A DNA stretch of 64,000 bases from Podarcis liolepis (lineage: Eukaryota), in assembly GCA_965112155.1 (NCBI GenBank), contig OZ218103.1; one strand, 5' to 3'. Positions 26,566 to 39,713 of the stretch are shown piece after piece. A model generated the notes under the pieces. That model searched no databases, was not told the DNA's origin, and saw only the letters and a list, made by a program, of their open reading frames with translations. Made by a program: the position numbers and the translations under genes. How positions within the stretch are numbered: position 1 is the first letter of the stretch; every line of letters begins with the position of its first letter.

Positions 26566-26666
26566 CTCTAATCTCAGGAGTTCTTCTGAGTTCAAAAATT
26601 TACATTTGTATGGCCTTAATGCAGCTGCTTACACAATTCAATGTAACTCCTGGAGATATTCCAAAG

Positions 26667-26829
26667 CAGGCATGTCCAAAGTCCATTTGGGGGGCCTAAT
26701 GTGGCCCTAAAAAAAAATAAAAAAGCTCAACAACTTCAATCCTAAAAAAGGTTAACAACTTTGGTCGGCCCTCACGGCCCTTCACTTCATCAGATCTGGT
26801 CCTCTTTGAAAAAAGTTTGGACACCACTG
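26667..26829. mobile_element. hAT MITE (163 bp)
   Basis: Imperfect TIR (CAGGCATGTCCAAAGT / CAGTGGTGTCCAAACT); TSD TTCCAAAG/TTCTAAAG (7/8). Confidence 0.82.
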
Positions 26830-27024
26830 TTCTAAAGGTACACCTTTTCACTCAAGGCTGAAAATGGAAACCAAAAGTCAGAAGAACTCTGGTGAAAATG
26901 GCCTGCTCTCTGCAAACCACCATTAAGAGATCCACAGACCACAAACCACTATTCTAGGTATTTTCTCATAGCTCAGAAAAAAATCGGTGTAGAATCAGGT
27001 TGATAAATATGAGTGGTGTCAAAC

Positions 27025-28430
27025 TGTTATTTAAAGCATTTGTATTTGGCCTTTTCACATTTGTTCAAGGCATCTCACAACGTATTTAATACAGAAGTAC
27101 AATGAAAACCAAATCTAACAAAAAATAATCAGCATAATTTTTTTCTTCCTTACACTCCAGACTACAACACAATTCTCACTTCTACATTCAATGACTTTAA
27201 ATAACTGCTTCTTTGTACCCCAGATAACTTCACCTGTGAGATAAGTAGGCTGTGAATGGCTATATATAGGTTGTGGTGGTCCAACTTTCATACCAAGTGG
27301 GCCACAAGAGTACTTTGGCACAGAAAACACAGGCCGCACACTGCCTTGCTGCTTGAAGAGTGGGGAGAAGAAGGCCAAAATCTGATGCACACACCCAGCC
27401 CTCACGCTGCCTTCCCAAAGCTAGCTAAGCAAGGCAGCAGGCTTTGGGGAGGAGGTGTGAGGCTCCTAGAGCCCCCTGCCATCTCCTTCCCAAAGCTGGG
27501 AAGGCCCTAACTAGGCTTTGGGAAGAAGGCTGGACTCTAGGACCCTGTCAGAGCCATCACACCTCCTTCCTCAAGCCCAGCACTTTGCTTACCCAGCTTT
27601 GGGGAGGCATCTCAAGGGCTGTAGGGGGAAGGTGTCAAATGTTGCTGAGGGGCGCCAAAAGACACCCAGAGGGGCACCAAAAGAGGCTTTCAGTGGCCCT
27701 TGGGTTGCACTTTGGACCATCCCTGATATAGGTCAATAAAAACAGCTTGAATTGGGTTTGGAGACTCACTGGCAGCCACTGTAATTGCCTCAGAACCAAA
27801 TGCAGGAATGTTTCCATGCCTACACTCACTTGCAGCTAGGCTAAAGCATTCCACACTAGTTACAGCTTTCAAACAGCCTGAAAGGACAGACCTATATAGA
27901 CCAAACACAGTCTTTGTTATTATCTGAAGTAACAAAGGGACAGATAATTGTTCTTACTATCTAGAAACAAGTACAGCCAGTGTATCATAGACATAGTAGG
28001 TCTGACTGACCCAGGAACGCACCAGCCTGCATCCCTGCTCTAAGAGTCCTACAGCACAACAAGAAAACCTGCCACTCCAATTCCCATCAGCATCACTTTT
28101 AGTCTTACCTCGATTAAGCCTCATCCATCTAATCACAACCTTCACACACTAGCTATGGACAGAGGCAGCAATTTCTAGCTTCATAGATAACAAAATATAA
28201 AAGCTGGGTGTCATATACTGCTTATTCCATATACTGCTTATTCCCAATCCCTAAAACTCATGGTACTTCTTTGCTGCAGGTTCCTCTATTTTCAGTTCAA
28301 TGCTTTAGTGTTGAACAACAATGGAAAGAAAATAATATGGACATAGAGGAGTTTTGCATGGCATTCCCTCATAGAATGAACTGACCACACCTATCCTATA
28401 ATTTCTTTGGTCTACCATGTGAGGAACATC
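27025..28430 (-). mobile_element. Degraded L2 LINE (RT end to 3' tail), split by a hAT insertion
   Basis: Minus-strand remnants YDTQL, WMRLNRGKT and LQWLPVSLQTQFKLFLLTY, partly in ORFs 27957..28145 and 27635..27829. Confidence 0.75.
27272..27725. mobile_element. hAT non-autonomous element (454 bp) with an internal palindrome
   Basis: 8-bp TSD ATATAGGT (27264-27271, 27726-27733). Right TIR reverse complement is CAGGGATGGTCCAAA; left end is decayed (tgtggtggtccaac). Confidence 0.75.
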
Positions 28431-29093
28431 TAGGTTTCAATTGGGTGGGGGCAGAGATAAGGTGACAAATTAGTGTGCTCTTGTTAGGAAGAGAGAATAA
28501 ATGTAGTGAGCAAGTTACTCCACCTTCCTTCTAAGACTACTTTGCCTATCATACCTCCATACATACAAGGAAAGTAGTAGTGGGAAGAGGTCCATCTAGG
28601 CAGGAATTGATTGACTGGTTTAATAATCACATGGTCATGGGGTCACAATTGGATCACTCCACACACACCCTGGCTTGAAGTGAGTGGAAGAAGACCAGGA
28701 AAGATGCAAGAGCCTACAAGAAATCAATGGGGGTGAAGTGTGTTTAAGGTGCAGATTGTGCAGGTGTGGAAAGTGAGGTTCACGAAGGTGTATTAAAGAG
28801 ATGAGCTCTACTTGAATAACTGTCAGTACATATTTCAAATTGATGTTCCTGGGGATGGGTTAACAAGTGCACAGAAACACCAGTCTGCAAGCTACATATC
28901 CCTTAGGGATTCAGTGCACCTTTTTGAATAATGTGGTATATTAAATATTATTGCTATGATAGCAATAGTGGCAGCAGCAGTAATAAGAACAATAATCACA
29001 CCTTATTCTCAGAGTGAAGGTTGCTTCAACTGTCATGCAATTCCTGCATGGAAAACCTTTGGTGTAAGGTAAAACACAAAAAATCCGAACACT

Positions 29094-29095
<2 letters not shown>

Positions 29096-29131
<36 letters not shown>
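29096..29131. repeat. (AC)n microsatellite
   Basis: Direct reading. Confidence 0.95.
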
Positions 29132-29133
<2 letters not shown>

Positions 29134-31389
29134 GATCGACTGTATGTCCATGCAGTGAAATTTGCATCAGAAGCAGGAAATCAACTGGACAAGCACTGGG
29201 AAGATGGCAAAGGTGTTAGAAGAACATTCATCAGGCTTCACTGCAAAGAGCATTTTAAGAATACCCACATTTTCTCAGCACCACAGATGAAGAACTCTGT
29301 CGTGTAAACAGTGACAACAGAACCAACTTTCAGTTTCAGAACCAACTGACAAAATTTACAGGCTTGACTATTATAATACACAATTTTCCTAGGAATGAAA
29401 TTCCTGCATGGAGGGCTCTCTGGAGCAGGCATTCCACTCTCAGTAGCATACAAGTTTTTCGAGCTAAATAAAGTTTCCTGGGTCTTTTCTATCTGCAAAA
29501 GGCCTGCAGATTCTCTATTACTGGGAATAGTAGTGGTTCCCTGACCACCAGCACCCCACATGGCACAACTGAAAATTGCTGAAGGTCTTGGAGGACCACT
29601 TAATGATTTTTCTGCTGTTGTTCCAATGGTTGCACTAGATGCTGTATTGCATTTTTATTGCTTGTTTTATTTCTTATATATTGCATTCTATTGTATTCCA
29701 TGGAATTCATATGGTTATACAATAAAAGAAGTAAAAGAAGCAATTAAAAATAAATATTTTTAATGTGATGGATATGCTCTCTCCTATCTTCAACCATAAA
29801 TCCACAAACATGCTGCAGACCACCTGAATGAAGCTCGCAGACCATGGTGGTCTATGGACCATAGTTTTAGAACCCCTGTCTTGGAGAATAAAGGCACCAT
29901 TTGGAGTTAATGCTCCAAGTACTGACTTGTATACAAAGGGAAGAAATGGTTCCTGGAAGGTGGAAGATGATGAAGGACTCACTAGAGCTAGGCTATGCGG
30001 GGAGTAATTGAAATTATATGACAGTCACTCATAGAGACACACACACCTTGTCAGATCATGTCCTGCTCCACGAGCCTTCACTTTGTGAAGAATGACTATT
30101 GGCTTCCAAGACCAGGACCTTTATCCCAGTTGCCACTGAAACTAAGGAATGACCTCCCAGCTGAAGTTAGAGGATGTTCCTCCTTCTGTCTTCAGTAAGA
30201 GAGGAAAGATACATCCGCTTTGTAAGCCACTCTGAGCAAAGGAAAAGGGGCATCTAAATCACTTTAATCAAATTAATCGGGGAATGCAAATGATTGCTCC
30301 ATTTCATCCATGCCTTTCTCCTAAGTAGAGAAAATAAACTTTCCAGTTAGGATAAGCACTCTAGTGCACTGTTGTGAAAGAACAAAGAATGTCCAGAAAT
30401 AGTTCAAATTTGGGGTGCATTCAAAACATCTGTTCCCGTCCCTCCAGGATATACACGAGATACAGCTAATGCAATCTGAAACTCTCATCCCTCTTGTGTC
30501 CCTTGTCAGGGATGCACTCTCCCCTCCATCCCAGTTTGAAATCGAACAACTCAATGAAGATACTGCAGTGGATGGAAAAGGCTGCAGTTTGTCACATGAA
30601 GCAGATCAAACCTACCATCAATCTGGCAAGTGTGACGACCTGGAGGGCAATCTTACCTTTAGTTTTACAAGGAGTTTAATACCACACTCAGAAGGAGGAA
30701 CCTGAGCAGAGGGAATTCTACCAGGGAATTTCTCCCCCCTTCTGTCCTGTTGGTTCAAGCATTCAGGAGCATGCTGACCTTTGGGGCAGGTTGCAAGTCT
30801 TATCTGTTTACTCAGGTTGCTGGCTTGAGGGAGGTGCCCAAATTTTCATTTGTTATTCCAGAAGTCACTTTGAGTCAACTTACAAAGTTAATTATTAACT
30901 GCTGTGGGCTTGCTCCAAAACTGCTAAAGAGGCACCATTAACCAGAATCAGTCCATGAAGCAAAGCTGTAAGACCCTTGGTCCTCCCTAACAAAATCCAG
31001 ACTGTCTAACCTTCTTCACGCTGGACAGAGATTCTAGTCCATCAATAGCACAGTTAGTTGCAAAGTTCTTCCAACATTCACCTGAAAGAATCTTGTGCAA
31101 AACCAAATATAATACTGGCAGCACAACATGGAAAAGCCATTGGTGAGGTATTCCACTAAATTATAGTGGAGTAGTTAATATAAAGCCTTGTTATCATAGC
31201 AAAACCATGGCCTCTGCAACCTGTATTTCACTGATGTACATTGCTACTAGTATTTTGTGCTTTGTCTAACCAACGGAATGGGTGTTCCAACATGCAAGTA
31301 GCAATGAAAATCAACATAGAAACTCAGGCAGCAGTACCAGGAGAATGAGAAAGAATGGAGTTGATGCCCACTCACTAGGAGACAAGCAT

Positions 31390-31800
31390 CACGCTAATTT
31401 CCCTTTGCTGTTCATCAGCCTGCAATGTGCTCTGAATGAGAGCCTGTAATTAATTGCTCATCTGCATCCCCCATCTGAACTCCCTTCCCCACCAACCCCC
31501 ACCACTACACCGTGCATCCAGCTTGATACACGTTGGCTGGCATTTTCAAAATCGGAGGCATTCTAATTACCGGAGAGTTATAACACCTTCCATTTCGCGC
31601 CCGTCGGACTGACACCCTGTCAAGAGCAAAGAGACTTGCCAGAGGTTTTGACAACACTAATTGCCCCTATAATCTAAAAACACAAAGGAGAGGCGATTAG
31701 TCGTGAGGGCCGCAGCTCTCGATCCGACATGAGGTTTTCACAACGTTACAAGAAAACAAAAGCAGTGCCTTTTAGAGTGTGATGGCTGCTAACAAAGCAG
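31390..31800. promoter_or_regulatory. Candidate conserved non-coding element
   Basis: Locally high CpG, several TAATT cores, TTTCGCGC, TGACA/TGTCA pair. Confidence 0.5.
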
Positions 31801-34800
31801 AATTATATTTTCATACAAACCTTTGTCTACATCAAATCGCTTTCCCCTTTCTCTTAAAATGCTAAGCTGACACAGAGAATGGTGGGGGCTCCTTAGGAAG
31901 AGGGGCAGGAAAGAAGATAAAAGATACATGAGCAATGGTTCTTATAAGATGGGAGTATTCTTAGGACTCAAGAGGCCTCCAGATTTCTTGTTTCCTAGTT
32001 TAAGATGAGATGGTGAAAAAAGTAGCACCATCATTTCCAGGGCTGGGTTCTACCATCTTATCATCTACCTCCCTCAATATCTTCTACCCAATATTCTAAG
32101 AATTGTCAACACAGTAGCTGCATCTCATTACAGAAAACATTTGCCCTAATCAAATGCTGAAAAGTGGTTTAATATATCAGCCCTGCAAAGTTATAAGCTT
32201 AACACATGTACTCTGCTTACTGACACAAGCAATGATGCAAAACTGCGTCCAGTGCTAACAGGAAATTACCATTGTTAAAAATGAGGTTTCAAATCATAAT
32301 GTTTCCTTGTTATATCTCCTCTCTTAGTGTACACCTATTGTCTGGAGATTTAAACAAGACAGACTGACTGTTCAACAAGTTTATAGCTCATCTTGTGCAA
32401 CAGCAGCACCATTCCTGACAACACAGTTTATGTGCTTGTATTCAAGTTGTTTATTAAACCTGGGGGGGAAGCAAAAACAAAACAAAACAAACAAAAAAAG
32501 CATGCTAAGATCCTGATAATGGAAACAATCCAGAATTTAAAATCTGTTGAAGCAACCCCCCAATACTAACACAGACCAATAGGCTCCATAACTTTAGATA
32601 GCCATAACTGCCCTGTCCAGCTATTTTGCTTTTCCCTTCTAGCTCAAGCACTGTGAACAAGGATAAATAAGTTACCTATAGGCTAAGAGCAGGGGCTTCA
32701 ATTAAGGGGCAAAAGGCTTCAGTCCATTTCTTGGGGACTCCAAAATCAACTTTTCCATCAAAATGGAAGCTAAGCCTGCTCACCCTAAATATCTTTAGTA
32801 GCAACACCTTGAGCTACAGCATGCAGGATGGCATATCTGAAGATAATGGAAGCGTGAGAGGCCTGTTTTAATGGCTCACACAGCCATAGTAACATGACAG
32901 CAATTTTGACATGATCTGAACATACAACATGAAAGCTTGAATTTGTTTCTACCGTTAAACACATAGATTCTTTCAATATACCATATTAGACTCTGGGAGG
33001 ATGACAAAGCTCCCAAAGCATTGGGCCATCTGGGCAGAAGATACTTTAATTTGGGGCATAAGCTTTCAAATATTTAATAGGAATCATACAATCAACAAAC
33101 ATTATAGGAAACTCATGTTAAAAGGAAAGATCAACCACTTTAGCATCAACCAGTTAGTTCAGGACTTTGCACACTGCAAGCACAACAAGAAAGAAATATT
33201 AAAGTAATATTCTGGTACAAATGAAAGTTGAACTAGTACAGAAACTTCAACTAACTCCTTGTCCCAAGCCTGCTTTTTTACTTTCATAAGAACTGTAGAC
33301 TCTTCTCCGTTCTCTGAATATTAGCACTCCCAACAACAGAAGCATTGTGTCTGTAGACAGAGAGGCTGAATTTCGCTCTCCAAGAATGGTTTGTGGGTGT
33401 GCGTGTGTCATAGCTGGCATCTGGCAGACAGTGAGCTAAGGCAGGCAGTGACTCACTTGTTGGCCAGTTGCCATTCCACAAAACTGCTTACTAACAGCGC
33501 TGGCTCCCTAACAAAGCTTTGACAATGCATCTGAAGAGAGATGCTTTTCCAGGATGCCTTACTTAAATGGAATCCCACCATACCAGAGTTAGGAGTGAAA
33601 TGCAAAAGGATCGCCAGTGTGTGGTGGAAAGTGTATTTCCTGATGAAAACTCACCACATTGAGTGACGTTAGTTGTGATTTCAAAATAGATAAGTAAAAA
33701 GCAGAACTTGGCAGAACAGATTCTTAAGATAAGACTGCAGTACCAAAGCAGCAATATGGCAAGAAGGAACCAACCCTGGAGGGAATGTGCCATCTAAATC
33801 AGGATAAGAGTCATTAATGAAGCATAACACAAGACCTCAGCTGAAGGCTGTGTTAGATGAAATCTCCTATTGCTTGAAGCTGGATGAAGTACCCCAAGAG
33901 TCAAAGAGGTTACAGTATTCTTCAAGGTAGAAGGCAATTCCTTACCTAGTATATCAATTTGTCTTTGAGGAACAGAGGGAGAAAGGATCACATGACTGAA
34001 TGAGCATGACTGGAATACTGAATGCTACTGCTCATATTTTGGTTTGACGCAATGTTTGAAATCTTGTTTTGCTGTGTAAAACAACAGATAAATATTCTAT
34101 GCCAATGTAAAACAACAGCTATTATGTGAAGATATCTGGATAGAGCAAGCAAGCTACAACAGATGCAAAGAAACCAGGTGTAGTCAGAAGAGCAAGTTCA
34201 GGGATGGAACTGCTCACACACAGCTAAAACTTGCTCCATACACCTACCTGGAGTTGCCATGTGGTGCCCATTGCTACAATGACACTGCTGAAGCCTTCCC
34301 CAGTGCCTGCAAAGCCTCTGACATGGCAAAATAATGTGAGTTCAAAGCACGGTTCTTCCTAACTTTTACTAGGGTTTCCCTCAAAACAAGGACCCATGCT
34401 TTGGATCAATGTTTGTATAGTGCTTGCAAGTACCAGATCTGTGATACTGTGCAGCTTACCAATGTAAGATTTAATTATACGGTGATTTATATATATTTTG
34501 AAGGGGGGGGGGAATCCCCAAGGAAAATGACACAAATTCAAGAGGATCACTTAATTTTACTGGATCTGATTTTTATCCGGACCTCATGGAAAAGCAAATA
34601 ATGGGCAGTAGTCAATATTTGCACAATGGGAAATCTAAAAGTTGGAAGAACCCTTAGATTTTGGGGGGAGGGGAGAATGGCCCATTACACAAAGAAAAAC
34701 CTTGCACTGACAAAACATTCTCTTGAATACAACCCAATGCATATTTGTGTTTGTGTGCACATGCACTCTGTCTATTGGGCAGCGGGGAAAGGTAACCTGG

Positions 34801-35215
34801 AGGAGAGAAGCAGCCAGACAAATTGGTGCCCATTCAATTCTCTCAAGAACCTAAATATGTCCCCTGCCCCCAAAAGGTTGGTGACCCCCTCTAATAAAAT
34901 GTGGTAATGGGTACATACCAATCCACACTCCACACATGAATAGATTTTGGACTGATTTTCTAAATCTGCATAAGGTTAACAAGCAATCTAGTACCAGTCC
35001 TATTCATAATTTATTCCATTGGCCTACCCTGGGATCTGCCTACAGCTTTAGGTCCAACATTACACCTACACAGTTGTACAGAACACGATTATAAACTTCT
35101 GTAATTTGAAGCAAGATGCATAAAATATTATTAACAATTCTTGGGAAAGAACTTTCCACAAGGAAATGTGTTCAGATGAAACCACATGTTATCACTCCAA
35201 ATAGAGTATGATATA

Positions 35216-35457
35216 CAGTGGGACCTCGGGTTAATTACTTAATTCGTTTGGGAGGTCCATTCTCAACCTGAAACTGTTCTTAACCTGAAGCACCACTTTA
35301 GCTAATGGGGCCTCCTACTGCTGCCACGCTGCCGGACCACGATTTCTGTTCTTATCCTGAAGCAAAGTTTTTAACCTGAAGCACTATTTCTGGGTTAGCG
35401 GAGTCTGTAAGCTGAAGCGTATGTAACCTGAAGCGCATGTAACCCAAGGTACCACTG
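35216..35457. mobile_element. Tc1/pogo(Tigger)-like MITE, copy 1
   Basis: TA TSD, TIR CAGTGGKACCTYGGGTTA, internal repeats of TAACCTGAAGC. Highly similar to 38341-38563. Confidence 0.9.
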
Positions 35458-35854
35458 TACACATGTATGTTATGTGTCTTGCAACCCATAGAGCTCTAAG
35501 ATTCAAAGAAAAGGGATGAAGAGAACACTTAAGAATGTACATTAACATTCCTTGATGGTAAACAAACTAGGAACAAGGTCATGTCTGATGCTTTATTTAC
35601 CCTAACGGCCTTCTAAGGTTGCATCTGCCTTTGCTGATCTCCGACCTAAGGCTAGTGTAGGCCAGGCTGTGCATCAGACCTGTACCAAGTTTTCCTATCA
35701 TCCTGGTATAAGCGACTCCCATCCTACGTGCAGGGGCACTTTAGACTGAGGACAGTGCTGCCACACAGTATCTGTTCAAAACGAGTTCAAATTTTCTTGA
35801 AATCAATCACATAAAGCAAGAGCAAGTAGTGATGAAATGCTCAAGCGGGAAAGA

Positions 35855-36122
35855 GGCTTGGTTCACATGTCACATTAATGTTCAATGGCGCGTGCTGCTC
35901 AAAAGACAACACTTCACTCCTCCCAGCTACTTTCTTCAATGTGCCGTGGAAGCAACAAACCAGAGGCTGGCTAGCTTTCATGTGTGAACCAGGCCTCATG
36001 GTTTGTTTCTCTCTTGACAAACCATGATGCTAAGCCAATGAGACTTTTTCACCCGCATGTTGCTTGTTCATTTTAAACCAGCGTAATTTAAACTATGGCT
36101 TAAAGTGATGTGCAAACCAGTT
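35855..36122. mobile_element. Old palindromic DNA-transposon relic (PIF/Harbinger-like; related copies near 9378-9780, 19545-19850, 59777-60141)
   Basis: Ends ggcttggttcacatgtcac...gtgatgtgcaaaccag, with recurrent AACCATGG/AACTATGG motifs shared between copies. Superfamily assignment is tentative. Confidence 0.55.
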
Positions 36123-36682
36123 CAGAGTGTAGCGCATAGGAACAAAATTCTGTCAGGAAGAGTGCAAGAGAACTAACTGCAGTAAGACCAAGTGGGGGGA
36201 AATCAGCTACACAGCAGACACACAGGCAGCTCTTTTTCCTCGAGTGAGGCAATGCAGAGGGGCCAGTATTGATCTGTCTTCATTACCCATTTCACTCAAG
36301 TTCAAATCAGCAAAATACACTTTTCCACACCAGTGCCCTCTCTGCCACAGCAGACAAAAGAAAAGCAATTTCCTGCAGTTTGCTCCAAACTTGCTACTCC
36401 TTCCATGTACCATTCCCCCCCCCCTTCTGCTACAAACATGTCTTCAGATTTCCTCCACAATCTTCCTTCAGAAATGGACGGTCTTGAGGAGAACGGCAAA
36501 AGAGAATCTAATGTTGCTTTCTAATCACCAGATTTTTTTCAATAGGCATGATCTTGTTGCAAAATTAGTCTCTGATACAGAATCTAGAAGATCTCTGAAA
36601 TCCAAAACCATTCCAACTATAGACCTTCTGAAAAGTATTTAGTCCATATGGTTGGAAATAAAACGTGGCCCAGCATAGAGCA

Positions 36683-36915
36683 AATGCAGCATAGTGGTTA
36701 GAGTGCCAGGCTAACATTGCATTGATCCAAGTTCAAATTCCCAGTCATGTGACTTACTTGGTGACATTTAGGCCAATCACATTCTCTTAGTTTAATCTAT
36801 TTAACAGCACTGTTGTGGGGATAATATGGGGCAGGGAGAGTGGGGAGAAGAGAGAGGAAAATCCTTGCAAGACACCCCAATCTCTTTGGAGGAAAGGCGG
36901 GAATGAAATGTAATA
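36683..36915 (+). mobile_element. tRNA/CORE SINE (Squam3/MIR-like)
   Basis: A box gcatagtggttagagt, B box gttcaaattcc, CORE-like gtgac...ggccaatcac...tgttgtggggataa, tail ggaggaaaggcggga. Confidence 0.75.
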
Positions 36916-37130
36916 CAGTGGAACTTCGTGTTACGGATGGGATCCATTCCGGAGGCCTGTCCGTAACATAGAATTGATGCAAACTAAAGCGCCGCGTCTG
37001 TGCATGGGTGATTTAGCGCTTCTGCGTGAGCGGCGAAACTGGAAGTAACCCGTTCCGGTACTTCCAGGTTGCCACGGGACGCAACACGAAAACACGTAAC
37101 CTGAAGCGGACGCAACATGAGGTATGACTG
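36916..37130. mobile_element. Tc1/pogo-like MITE, CpG-rich, inserted in the SINE tail
   Basis: TA flanks. Ends CAGTGGAACTTCGTGTTACG and (reverse complement) CAGTCATACCTCATGTTGCG. Shares the gtaacctgaagcg motif. Confidence 0.8.
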
Positions 37131-37364
37131 TAAGTAAGAAAATATATAAACAAACGAATAGAAAGTGGCAGCATAGTTACAGGGCTACAGCACTCAAAAT
37201 GAAATCCTAACACAGAAGAAACTTATGTGTGTGAGGAAAAGCAGCTGAGGAAACCACCACTTAAATAATCAATACTGGCAATTTCACACCTATGTATTAT
37301 GCTGCAGGAAGCTTACTAGGAACCTAGGGCCAATTTAGCATTTCACTGCAAACATACAGCACAA

Positions 37365-37700
37365 TATTATTACAGTACTATTATTATTACAATTAATTAC
37401 CTGCCCTTCACCCTAAGGTCCCTGGGCAGGTACAAGGATTATAACCCAACGTTATTATTAAAACACAATTATTACACAATATTAAATAGAGTTTAAGGTG
37501 GGTCCAAAAATATACATCTCAAGTGTCAAAAGCCAGGGTAGTCTTCAGCATTTGCTGAAGGTGCCAAAAGCACCTCTGTGGGGAGCCCCACAACATTGGG
37601 GCTGCCACAGAGGATGCCCTCTCCCAGACTGCCACCGTCCAATATCTGAGGGCGCTGAACATTCAAAAGGGCCCCCTCTGCCACCAACTATATATGGTAG
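37365..37700 (-). mobile_element. Degraded L2 LINE 3' end
   Basis: (TTA)n tail, tacctgcccttcaccctaaggtccctgggcagg terminal stem, ccacaacattggggctgccacag (SVAAP-like motif on the minus strand). Confidence 0.6.
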
Positions 37701-38340
37701 ATGATGTAATAAGGAAATGGCTGACCTGGCATCACACAGTGAGCTTCATGAATGACTATTCTGTCTCCTAAATAAAGTAGAAATAATGGCTGATAAAGGC
37801 ACCATTAGATCACCTAGGTTAAATCAGAATACGTATTGTGGTAAGACTCGAGATAGCTAATATCTAATTGTTTCATGTCAGCTGGAGTAACACTATCTTC
37901 AAAATGCTTCTTCAGGTCCACACGAATTTTGAATCTTTGTCTATAACCTGTTGAAAGCCCAGCTGAAAAGTGACATTCACTTACAAATACAGAGACTGTT
38001 GCTACCAGGGCTGATCAAGAATGAATGGTCATTCAATAACTTTAGCAGTTTACCTTCTTGAAATCAAATACGTGTTCCTCTCCTGGACGGAATATGATAT
38101 TAAAAAAGAATTTAATTACAAAAAAGGAATCAAAGGAATTTTGTTTTAAGTCATCTGATGTCACACATGCTTGGATCTAGAACTAAGAATTGCAGATTAC
38201 TTCACAATGGAACCAAGAATCAATAAGATGGTGGCAACTTTTAAACCGTTACCCTAAATTACAGCCAAAGTGATTAGGCTTAGTTCTAGCACTTCATTCG
38301 GAAAACTGGAAGTTCTCTTTGAACATTTCAAATATTGATA

Positions 38341-38563
38341 CAGTGGTACCTCTGGTTACGGAGGTCCGTTCTTAACCTGAAACTGTTCTTAACCTGAAGC
38401 ACCACTTTAGCTAATGGGGCCTCCCGCTGCTGCTGCGCCGCCGTGCAATTTCTGTTCTCATCCTGAAGCAAAGTTCTTAACCCGAGGTACTATTTCTGAG
38501 TTAGCAGAGTCTGTAACCTGAATCGTATGTAACCTGAAGCTTATGTAACCTGAGGTACCACTG
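38341..38563. mobile_element. Tc1/pogo(Tigger)-like MITE, copy 2
   Basis: TA TSD, TIR CAGTGGTACCTCWGGTTAC. Same family as 35216-35457 with a short 5' internal deletion. Confidence 0.92.
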
Positions 38564-38645
38564 TATCTTTATACTAGGGTGGAATTTTCAGGAGTGACTA
38601 TTGGTCTGAACCTATGACTGTAGTTTACCCAATTGGAAATAGCAG

Positions 38646-38646
<1 letters not shown>

Positions 38647-38700
<54 letters not shown>

Positions 38701-38709
38701 GAGAGAGAG
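38647..38709. repeat. Compound (AC)n(AG)n microsatellite
   Basis: Direct reading. Confidence 0.95.
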
Positions 38710-39447
38710 AATGAATGGGAAAACCATCAAGAAAGCAGTTAGGACACAGCTGAAAGTAATGTCATATAGAAGAAAGGCTCATGACTTCTCCACCTGACTG
38801 AGAAGTTGCCATCACTAAAATGATTTGACTTTCTCATGTGGCAAATATTATTTTATTCAGTTTATAGAATAACAACAACAATTCAGAAACCTTGCTACCA
38901 AAATGTGTGGTCATACATCAGCAGACTTTGCATGGCTGCAAATCACCGGTGAGAAAAATGCCTTAACACCCATGTTTGTTCCAAATGACACAGAAACAAC
39001 CAAACAACAATAAGGTATATTGTCTGAAATCACATCTCAGCAGCACACCTGAAAATGAACACAAGATAATCTGCCAGGTGAAGTTGAATGGAAGAAATGC
39101 TGCGGGTCCAGAGTTTGGACAAGGTGATCCTTAGGTTCCTTGAAGCTCTACAGGTCCATGCACAGTATTATTTTTGATTGATCTCTTCTAGCAAAACATT
39201 TATGCACAAATTCAGAATGTTGCATGGTCAATGGAACTTTACATTTTTAAAAGAGTTTGCACTTCACAGATTATTCATGCACATCTGAGAGAATGTTCCT
39301 TAAAAATTCTACACCAATAGCATCATACACCGATTCAGTTATCTCATATTACTTCTGATATATCTGGCAACTTTTGGAGAGGTTGGGGTGGGGGGAGAGA
39401 TTTTCTCCCCATCTCTGGCGGGAATGCCTACAGGTTGTTTTTTTAAA

Positions 39448-39663
39448 AAATTAGTGTAGAGGTTAGGGTGTCAGACTACGACCTAGGAGACCAGGGTTCA
39501 AATCTCTACTTGGCCATGATGAAGCTCACTGGGTGACCTTGGGCCAGTCAGTGCCTCTCAGCCTAATCTACCTCACAGGTTTCTTGGGGGGGATTAAACG
39601 AGGAAAAGGAAAGCTCCTTGCAAAAAAAAAAAAAGGGGGTGGGTGGGATATAAAGGCAAAATA

Positions 39664-39710
<47 letters not shown>
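39448..39710 (+). mobile_element. tRNA/CORE SINE (Squam3-like) with an expanded (AAT)n tail
   Basis: gtgtagaggttagggtgtcagact...gggttcaaatc...gggtgaccttgggccagtca...gcctaatctacctcacagg; tail (AAT)n at about 39664-39710. Confidence 0.82.

Positions 39711-39713
<3 letters not shown>

Noticed and set aside
35260-35450. Repeated TAACCTGAAGC units resembling a CRISPR-like array
   Set aside because: Short, irregularly spaced subterminal repeats within a TA-flanked MITE in a vertebrate intron.
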